A DNA stretch of 32,000 bases from an uncultured Chloroflexia bacterium (GTDB lineage Bacteria; Chloroflexota; Ktedonobacteria; Ktedonobacterales; JADMIN01), in the NCBI GenBank assembly GCA_963718915.1, contig CAVRAI010000015.1, positions 30,001 to 62,000 on the forward strand, written 5' to 3'. The notes under the pieces were generated by a model. It saw only the letters and a list, made by a program, of their open reading frames with translations, was not told the DNA's origin and did no database searches. Of the stretch, positions 26,129-32,000 are shown piece after piece (the first letter of the stretch is position 1; every line of letters starts with the position of its first letter). The position numbers were made by a program, and so were the translations under genes.

Positions 26129-27143
26129 GTTGAGCAGGCAGAGCATAGCCGGCGTGGGTGTACCAGGCACTGGCATCTTCGCGGGTAATCGCCTCGACCG
26201 CCACCCCCATGGCCTCCCAGAGCGCTTCCGTGGTGCGGGCACCAAGTCGGCGCAGGATGGCTTTGAGCTTGGAGAACGCCTGCTCAATCGGCGTGAAGTC
26301 GGGCGAGTACGGGGGCAGGAAGAGGAGTCGGCACTGGCGGGCTTCAATCGCGTGGCGAATGCGCTCCGCCTTGTGGACGCTCAAGTTATCGAGCACCACC
26401 ACTTGCCCCGGCCGCAGCGTTGGCGCCAGCTGCTCGCTGATGTACCACACAAAGGTGGCCGTATCCATCGCTCCCTCAATCAGCCAAGGCTCGTGCAGAC
26501 CATCGGGGGTGCGGGCTGCCACCAGCGTCGTGTTCTTGCCATCTGCCGTGGTTGCGTGGCACGGAGCCCGTCGCGCGTTGGTCATGCGGCGCCCAGCCGT
26601 AGCGCCGGGTCAGGGCGATGTTGTCGCCCCTTTCGTCGACGAAGACCACCTGCTCGGGGTCGAGGTGGGCTGCGGCTTCCCGCCAGGCTTGGCGCGCTTC
26701 CTCGTCGCGCTTCCTCGTCACGCTCACGGGCTGCCAGTGCTTTTTTTATGCGTCCAGCCCAGCCGACGGATCGCCCGCCACATCGTCGCCTCGCTCAGGT
26801 GCTGGCCCCCAGCTCCCTCCTGCTCCGCCCACCAGGCGCAGTGCTCTAACACGGTGGCATCAGGAGCGGCCGCTAGCGGGGCGCGCAAACTGGCCTCCTG
26901 TTCCGGGCCAATGCGGCGCGGGCCGCCGGGAATCGGCTGGCGCGCCAGCGAGCCGGTCTCGCGCTCTTGCACCACAGCCCGTTTGACCGTATTCACGGCC
27001 ACTCCAAAGCGGCGCGCGGCTGCTCGCATGGGCTGACCGTTTGCCACCGCGCGCACCAAGCGTTCTTTCAGATCGGTCGAATACGTACGCATACCTGGGG
27101 TCACTGCATAACCCGTGTCTGCCTCTGCTTTCCGCAAGTTGCG
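26112..27143 (-). mobile_element. IS630/Tc1-mariner-family insertion sequence (boundaries approximate)
   Basis: The transposase has an N-terminal HTH and a C-terminal DDE region (see next feature). TA dinucleotides flank the proposed ends (26110-26111 and 27144-27145). The terminal inverted repeats are imperfect: CAGCAAGTTTCAGG...AGCAGGCAGAGCA versus the reverse complement GCGCAACTTGCGG...AGCAGAGGCAGACA. Confidence 0.7.
26121..27092 (-). pseudogene. IS630-family transposase, reading frame interrupted three times
   Basis: The HTH part is MRTYSTDLKERLVRAVANGQPMRAAARRFGVAVNTVKRAV...LGWTHKK. The middle part, in another frame, is RDEEARQAWREAAAHLDPEQVVFVDERGDNIALTRRYGWAP. The DDE part is back in the first frame: KNTTLVAARTPDGL...QVVVLDNLSVHKAERIRHAIEARQCRLLFLPPYSPDFTPIEQAFSKLK. 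Confidence 0.8.
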
Positions 27144-27145
27144 CT

Positions 27146-27330
27146 ATGAGGCGCTGCAAGGTATAGAGGGGTGCGGCCATCCGAATCCCAAGTTTGCGGG
27201 CATGAGCGTTGCGCGCGATGACACAGCCATCGTTATTGCTCAGCACGATTACCGGGCGGTCGGCGAGCGCCGGACGAAAGACAGTTTCACAGCTCGCGTA
27301 GAAGTTGTTGCAGTCAGTCAGAGCATACAT
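27146..27330 (-). pseudogene. umuC: umuC (Y-family DNA polymerase V catalytic subunit), N-terminal ~61 codons only, cut at the IS end
   Basis: MYALTDCNNFYASCETVFRPALADRPVIVLSNNDGCVIARNAHARKLGIRMAAPLYTLQRLI matches the UmuC N-terminus as I recall it (MFAL.D.N.FYASCE.VFRP.L...PVVVLSNNDGCVIAR). The frame then continues into IS sequence. Confidence 0.8.
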
Positions 27331-27347
27331 AGCAGGCCGTTCGCAGG

Positions 27348-27812
27348 CTATCGGCGCGGTGGAAGCGCATATAGCCGATGAATTGTGGCTGTCACTACAC
27401 CCCACAGATGACAGCGCGCGCGATTACGAATCGTGAGCGGCGCGAAATCAGGGTGCGCGGGTAGTAGGTGAAGAGCCTCGCTATCTGGACAGTAATGACG
27501 CGCCAGTAGTTCGCCATCAAGCGCGACCACTACCAACGCGCCATAGACTGGATGCAGCGCGCGATCCACCACCAATATATCCCCCGCGAAGATGCCACTA
27601 TCTATCAGCGACTCGCCTGCCATCTCCACAAAAAAGGTCGCCGCTGGATGCTGAACCAGCAGCGTATGCAGGTCAAGTGGGACCTCAGCCATATCCTCTG
27701 CCGGGCTGGGAAAGCCCGTTGGCGCTCGATTCACCAGCATCGACTTCCTCGACCGTGTCGCAGCCGCAACCTCACCCGCGCCGATGATCCGCATACGAGA
27801 GCTCACTTTCAA
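27348..27812 (-). CDS. umuD: UmuD-like S24 (LexA-type) peptidase; start uncertain (TTG 27812 or ATG 27794)
   Basis: GFPSPAEDMAEVPLDLHTLLVQHPAATFFVEMAGESLIDSGIFAGDILVVDRAL...VVVALDGELLARHY...HLWGVVTATIHRL aligns by eye with E. coli UmuD (GFPSPAADY...[36 protein letters not shown]). Confidence 0.75.
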   Translation of the reverse strand: MKVSSRMRIIGAGEVAAATRSRKSMLVNRAPTGFPSPAEDMAEVPLDLHTLLVQHPAATFFVEMAGESLIDSGIFAGDILVVDRALHPVYGALVVVALDGELLARHYCPDSEALHLLPAHPDFAPLTIRNRARCHLWGVVTATIHRLYALPPRR

Positions 27813-27816
27813 TTCA

Positions 27817-27828
27817 GTACATGTGTTC
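27817..27828 (-). promoter_or_regulatory. SOS-box-like palindrome upstream of the umuD-like gene
   Basis: The minus strand reads GAACACATGTAC. This is one mismatch from the GAAC-N4-GTTC LexA operator core of many Gram-positive-type bacteria. It lies immediately upstream of the umuD-like start. Confidence 0.35.
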
Positions 27829-28064
27829 TACAGAGTAGAAGTAGCCATGGATAGGCGTCAAGTCGGCAGAAGCGGACAGATCGCGTGGTTCGCGCCACGA
27901 AGCTCGTGAGGATGGAACGTCGCTCAGGCAGTCTCCCAATAGCACGAATTGCCCGACGGCGTTGCCGTGCCATGCCCGCTCTGATATACTGCGACACTGG
28001 CTGTGCTCTTGAGTCCAGCGGGAATCCAGAGGGCGCGCGAGCAGCGGAAGGGGCATATGGAAGC

Positions 28065-29336
28065 GTGGAAGCGAAACTGATCGCGGATCGTCGCCTGTGG
28101 AACGAGTTTATCGCGGCGACACCCACCGGCCACCTGTGCCAGACATGGGAGTGGGCCGAGAACTCCGGCGAGGCGGCTGGCTCTGGCTCGCTGCGGGTCG
28201 GCGTGATGGACGGCGACCGGCTGGCTGCCGCCATATTGCTGGTGCGTAGCCACGCTAGCGGACTGCGCGCGCCGTTCTTCTATGCGCCACGTGGCCCCGT
28301 CGTCGCCGACGCTAACTCGCCCGCGCTGCCGTTGCTGATCCGCTTCGCCAAAAGCGAGGCGCGCAAACATGGTGGCATCTTCATCCGCGCTGAGCCGAAC
28401 GTCTTGCAGGATGACCCCGTCTGGCCAGGCGCGCTCAAACGGCTGGGATTCCGGCCCACCTCGCATCATATCTACCTGCGTAGCGCCTGGGTGACGGACC
28501 TCCGCGCCGATGAGGAGACGCTGCTCGCCAACATGATGACCACCTGGCGGCAGAATATTCGGGCAGGCGCGCGCAAAGGGCTGACGGTGCGGCTAGGATC
28601 GGGCGAGGCCGACCTTGACGCCTTCTATCGATTACTGGTCGAAACGGGGCAGCGCGACTCCTTCCACGTCTACCCGAAACAGCTTTTCCACGATATGCTG
28701 GTCAACTATTCCGCCGAGCGCGCGGCCCGCGACGCCACCGCCGAGATGGCGCTGCTGCTGGCCGAATATAACGGCCAGCCTATCGCCGCGGCGACGGTGG
28801 CCGTGCTGGGCCGATGGTCGTGGAATCTGCATAGCGGCTCATCAGGCCTGCCAGAGCATCGTAAGCTGCGTCCGAACTACCTGCTGCAATGGGAGTGCAT
28901 GCGCTGGGTGAAGGCCCACGGCGCCGATTATTACGACTGGCGCACGATTCCCGATGTGCTGGAGCCAGGGCAGGAGCTATACGGCGTCTACGAGTTCAAG
29001 CGGGGCTTTGGCGGCGCGGTGCGGCGGGTGATTCCGACGCAGGACCTGGTGGTGCGTCCGGCGATCTACTGGCCGTACTACACGGCGGTCTCGCTGCGTC
29101 GCAATATGCAGCGGCGCAAACGCGCGGCATTCGAGCGCCGCCGCGAGCAGGCGCGTCAGGGTGCGGCGCAGAAGCAGACGACTGCTGGCCAGACCGGCGA
29201 ATCGGCGCAGGCCACCTCGCCCTTGTGGGCGAGCAGGGCTGCATTGATAGGGCGTTTACGTCCTCTGTCCGTATTACTCCGGCCTTTCAAGGCCGAGAAT
29301 ATCCCATCATCATACGAGAATGCCCCATCATCATAG
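28065..29336 (+). CDS. FemAB-family peptidoglycan-bridge aminoacyltransferase-like protein (paralog 1, extended C-terminal tail)
   Basis: The start is set at GTG 28065 by alignment with the paralog (VEAKLIADRRLWNEFIAATPTGHLCQTWEWAE versus MHVEIINDRDQWNAFVEACPTGNITQTWEWAE). FemX-like motifs are present: FFYAPRGPV, WRQNIRAGARKGLTVR, LRPNYLLQWECMRWVKAHGADYYDWR, YEFKRGFGG. The ORF track offers earlier starts at 27885 and 27972. Confidence 0.75.
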   Translation: MEAKLIADRRLWNEFIAATPTGHLCQTWEWAENSGEAAGSGSLRVGVMDGDRLAAAILLVRSHASGLRAPFFYAPRGPVVADANSPALPLLIRFAKSEARKHGGIFIRAEPNVLQDDPVWPGALKRLGFRPTSHHIYLRSAWVTDLRADEETLLANMMTTWRQNIRAGARKGLTVRLGSGEADLDAFYRLLVETGQRDSFHVYPKQLFHDMLVNYSAERAARDATAEMALLLAEYNGQPIAAATVAVLGRWSWNLHSGSSGLPEHRKLRPNYLLQWECMRWVKAHGADYYDWRTIPDVLEPGQELYGVYEFKRGFGGAVRRVIPTQDLVVRPAIYWPYYTAVSLRRNMQRRKRAAFERRREQARQGAAQKQTTAGQTGESAQATSPLWASRAALIGRLRPLSVLLRPFKAENIPSSYENAPSS

Positions 29337-29345
29337 AGGGATTGT

Positions 29346-30458
29346 ATGCACGTAGAGATTATCAACGACCGCGACCAGTGGAATGCGTTTGTCGAGGCCT
29401 GCCCGACCGGCAACATCACCCAGACGTGGGAGTGGGCCGAGCTGGGCCAGCACCTTGGCAGCGCCGCGTTGCGTCTGGGCGCGCTGGAAAACGGCGCGCT
29501 GGTGGGCGCGATGCTCGTGATCGTCGAGCGCGCGCCACTACTACGCCGACCGTACCTCTACGCGCCACGCGGGCCGGTCGTGGCCGACCCCACATCGCCC
29601 GCACTGGCTGCCCTCGTCACCGCCGCACGCGAACATGCGGCGAAGTCTGGCGCGTTTATGGTGAAGGTCGAGCCGAGCGTTCCGGATGGCGACACCGCCT
29701 GGCTCAGAGCGCTGGCCGACCAGGGCTTCACACGCAATCCTTTCGCCACCCATCCGCGCCGCTCGTGGGTGCTGGATATTACCCCCGATGAGGAGGCGCT
29801 GCTGACGGGGATGCACGAGAAGTGGCGCTACAACGTCCGGCTGGCGGGGCGCAAAGGCGTCACGGTGCGCGAGGGGAGCGGCGCGGCGGATAGAGATGCA
29901 TTCTTCCGGCTCTATCGCGAGACGGCCGACCGCGACGGCATCTTCATCCATGGCCAGCGGCACTACGACGACTTTCTGCGGGTCTATGGCGAGCGCGACG
30001 CGGCGGCGCTGCTGCTGGCGGAGTATGAAGGAGCGCCTATCGCCGCGCTGATTGTGGCGCGCTGCGGCCCGGTCGCCACCTATATGTTCGGCGCGTCCTC
30101 CAACCAGCAGCGCAATCGCATGCCAAACCACCTGCTCCAGTTCACGGCGATGCAGTGGGCCAGGGCGCGTGGCTGCACGCTCTACGACTTCCGCGCCATT
30201 GCCGAGGTGCTGGAACCCGACGAAGATATGTACAGCCTCTACACGTACAAACGCGGCTTCGGCGGCTATTCGCTGCTGACGTTGGAGACGCACGACCTGC
30301 CGCTCTCCGCGCCGCTCTACTGGATGTATCGCCGCACGCTGAAGGTGAAGCGCGACCGTGTCCGCCGCCAGCATCTGCGCGAGCTGCGCGCCCGCGAGCA
30401 GGCGCGGAAATCCGCGGCCACACCTGCGACGACAGGTACCGGCGCCGCGAACGAGTAG
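29346..30458 (+). CDS. FemAB-family peptidoglycan-bridge aminoacyltransferase-like protein (paralog 2)
   Basis: ATG 29346 is preceded by AGAGGGA. Motifs: YLYAPRGPV, WRYNVRLAGRKGVTVREG, MPNHLLQFTAMQWARARGCTLYDFR, YTYKRGFGG. Confidence 0.85.
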   Translation: MHVEIINDRDQWNAFVEACPTGNITQTWEWAELGQHLGSAALRLGALENGALVGAMLVIVERAPLLRRPYLYAPRGPVVADPTSPALAALVTAAREHAAKSGAFMVKVEPSVPDGDTAWLRALADQGFTRNPFATHPRRSWVLDITPDEEALLTGMHEKWRYNVRLAGRKGVTVREGSGAADRDAFFRLYRETADRDGIFIHGQRHYDDFLRVYGERDAAALLLAEYEGAPIAALIVARCGPVATYMFGASSNQQRNRMPNHLLQFTAMQWARARGCTLYDFRAIAEVLEPDEDMYSLYTYKRGFGGYSLLTLETHDLPLSAPLYWMYRRTLKVKRDRVRRQHLRELRAREQARKSAATPATTGTGAANE

Positions 30459-30610
30459 CCGCGTAAGATCCGCCCGCAATCCCGCCTCATCCCCATATCG
30501 CCGCACCAGTTTCCACCTATTACAGACGAGGAATGCGCCGCCGAGCGGCTCAACACCGCGACGCTTGCTCCCAAGATTACATTCGCGATATAACCAATGG
30601 AAAAGCAAGG

Positions 30611-30639
30611 TTGACAGAGCCTTCACTCCAGTCTATACT
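30611..30639 (+). promoter_or_regulatory. Consensus sigma70-type promoter with a ~240-nt leader before the next CDS
   Basis: TTGACA (30611-30616), a 17-nt spacer, then TATACT (30634-30639). Confidence 0.5.
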
Positions 30640-30878
30640 TGCGGTGAAGACGCAGGTGCGGGCGTCAGTGCAAGCAACAGGCAGACACGAGCCCGCGCAG
30701 AAGGCGCGCATGTTGCCCCCCATTGCACAGCGCTAGTGGGTAAATTGACTTAAATAGCGCCATCATATGGATGGATGAGCTGACGACAGCGCGCCGACGA
30801 CATGCTATATGCACAGTTCCCGATCCCAGGTAATGGAGGCAAGCTTTTCGTAGATTCTTGCGAGGGGAGGAAATCAAC

Positions 30879-31313
30879 GTGTCGTTGCAGTCCTTGTTCT
30901 CCGGGGGCTCTTTCAAGAGCGCCATTCTGACTTGTTCGGCGCAAAACGGCTGGACTGTCGCCGAGATCACCGACAAGGTGGCGAAACTTAGATTTACGAT
31001 GCCGTCTGGACGCATCCAGATACTCTACATTGTCAAGTTCGACAGCACCCTGGAATTCTCGGTGCCTAGCGCGGTCATGTTTGACTCCGAAGAAGAGTTT
31101 CCAGGTGTCCTCTCCGCAAAGCTGCTGCGGCGCAACGCGGAGCAGAAGGTCGGTTTCTGGTGCATCGAGCGCCTAGCAGGCAAGTATGGATACTCCTGTA
31201 TGCACAATGTGGAGATGCAGCAGATTGATGCAGAGTACTTCGCGAGGATAGTAAGAGCCCTCATTAAAGAGTGCGATGAATTCGAGGGGATCCTGTTGCA
31301 GCTGCTCCAGTAG
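30879..31313 (+). CDS. Hypothetical cytoplasmic protein (weak resemblance to YbjN / secretion-chaperone-like folds)
   Basis: GTG 30879 is preceded by GGGGAGGAA, whereas the ORF track starts at a TTG at 30858. The product is about 144 aa with mixed alpha/beta character and no diagnostic motif. Confidence 0.5.
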   Translation: MSLQSLFSGGSFKSAILTCSAQNGWTVAEITDKVAKLRFTMPSGRIQILYIVKFDSTLEFSVPSAVMFDSEEEFPGVLSAKLLRRNAEQKVGFWCIERLAGKYGYSCMHNVEMQQIDAEYFARIVRALIKECDEFEGILLQLLQ

Positions 31314-31453
31314 GTTTGATGCCAGATCGGTTGGGATTGTTGTCGTTCGCCGCGCTGGAATCGTGAGCGACCACGGAGTCAAGAAGTGTCGAAGAGCGTG
31401 ACTCCAGCCCAATCCATTTGTCAGGCTGTCAGCCCACGTTGGCCAGATGTGAG

Positions 31454-31547
31454 TAGAAGTTATCTCAATAAATAGGCCCGGCCCTCTTCGCGTTGGCTTG
31501 CCACGCGAGACAGTGTAGCGCCAGGTGGATTTATGAGATAACTTCTA
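31454..31547. repeat. ~94-bp element bounded by AT-rich 19-20-bp inverted repeats
   Basis: TAGAAGTTATCTCAATAAAT (31454-31473) pairs with ATTTATGAGATAACTTCTA (31529-31547), with one indel. The GC-rich interior holds a second small hairpin (CGCGTTGGC/GCCACGCG). Confidence 0.7.
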
Positions 31548-31561
31548 GTGGGCAGCTTTGA

Positions 31562-31918
31562 GCGCCATTTTGCCATGAGCGACCCAATACGGCGTTCTCC
31601 AGTATACCGGATCGTGCCCCAGCCGACCACAGTAACGGATCTCGCAGCTTTCTCCGCCAGCGCTACTGGGATGTATCTCCTCGCCTACTCCGGAGTCTGA
31701 ATGCAATTCAGCTTGCCGCCGCTATGCTTGCAGCCAGAGCGAGTGGAGAAGAAGCGCTCTTTGTTACGGCTGATACCCGACTTGCGGAAATTGCGATGCT
31801 GGAAGACTTCACTGTGTCAATCCTGTCTCCCCACCACCGTATAGTCCTCACAGCACGACTCCCGCACTCCCACACTCCCACAATTGTGACCATCGACCCC
31901 GCTCGGACGGTTGTATAG
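31562..31918 (+). pseudogene. PIN-domain (VapC-like) C-terminal fragment without start codon or N-terminal catalytic region
   Basis: The frame is open from 31562, right after the inverted-repeat element. It reads ...LRQRYWDVSPRLLRSLNAIQLAAAMLAARASGEEALFVTADTRLAEIAMLEDFTV, matching the PIN C-terminal pattern (D/N-A-I-Q-L-A-A-A...fvTaD.rL). An upstream segment appears in another frame, and no DTS/DTN N-terminal motif is present. Confidence 0.55.
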
Positions 31919-32000
31919 CTGACGGCTGAATCATCGGGGAGGCGCGGCCATGCGTAGTGCATATGCAGCGTCTGTCGCCTGGTATAGATGAGGCTGGTAC

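Noticed and set aside
26130-27036. Two long plus-strand ORFs (239 and 292 aa) across the IS
   Set aside because: Both are antisense to the IS630 transposase, whose HTH and DDE motifs are clear on the minus strand. Their products are Arg/Pro/Ser-rich and low in complexity.
27115-27381. 88-aa plus-strand ORF considered as the continuation of the TIR gene beyond the IS
   Set aside because: It shows no TIR beta-D/alpha-D features. It is antisense to the clearly recognisable umuC N-terminus, and joining the flanks in silico does not keep the TIR frame open.
29541-30626. 361-aa minus-strand ORF
   Set aside because: It is antisense to the well-supported FemAB paralog 2. The composition is Arg/Ala-rich, typical of spurious ORFs in GC-rich DNA, and no RBS or motif is present.

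Overview
GC-rich bacterial chromosomal segment. The taxon cannot be fixed from the sequence; Shine-Dalgarno-led genes, near-consensus TTGACA/TATACT promoters and proline-rich proteins would fit a Chloroflexota- or Actinobacteria-like organism. Housekeeping-type genes are interleaved with decayed accessory DNA.

Left to right:
1. A 5'-truncated MDR quinone oxidoreductase.
2. tRNA-His(GUG). Its 3' half plus about 60 bp of downstream flank is repeated 2.7 kb away. The repeats bracket an AT-richer island remnant holding DUF433, a frameshifted Mrr-like nuclease, a frameshifted ParA-like ATPase and a small basic protein. No integrase is visible.
3. A membrane protein, a Cys-rich zinc-finger protein, a small membrane protein and an MFS transporter.
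4. An ~11 kb Rhs/YD-repeat polymorphic-toxin locus (8081-18853), the centrepiece of the window. Its parts are:
   - a signal-peptide/DNRLRE-like/Ig-like/YD-repeat N-terminal part broken by many frameshifts;
   - an intact 844-aa ORF carrying the Rhs core end (DPSGQ) plus a 200-aa C-terminal domain I cannot assign to a family;
   - a candidate immunity gene with an acidic tail;
   - an orphan Rhs C-terminal cassette with a second unrelated tip containing a glycine-zipper hydrophobic hairpin;
   - a lipoprotein gene and a small multi-pass membrane protein gene;
   - a third, tip-less Rhs fragment.
5. An AlkZ/YcaQ-like winged-helix protein, an RHH antitoxin with an internally deleted PIN toxin, and a CNNM/CorC-type transporter.
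6. A TIR-domain protein, two paralogous membrane proteins with Pro/Gln/Tyr-rich tails, and a second TIR gene cut off at an IS630-family element.
7. On the other side of that IS, a truncated umuC preceded by a umuD-like gene.
8. Two tandem FemAB-family genes, a hypothetical protein behind a long leader, a small inverted-repeat element and a PIN-domain fragment.

I saw no rRNA genes and no CRISPR array. Frame disruptions are numerous but sharply localised, so assembly or consensus error must be ruled out before calling pseudogenes.
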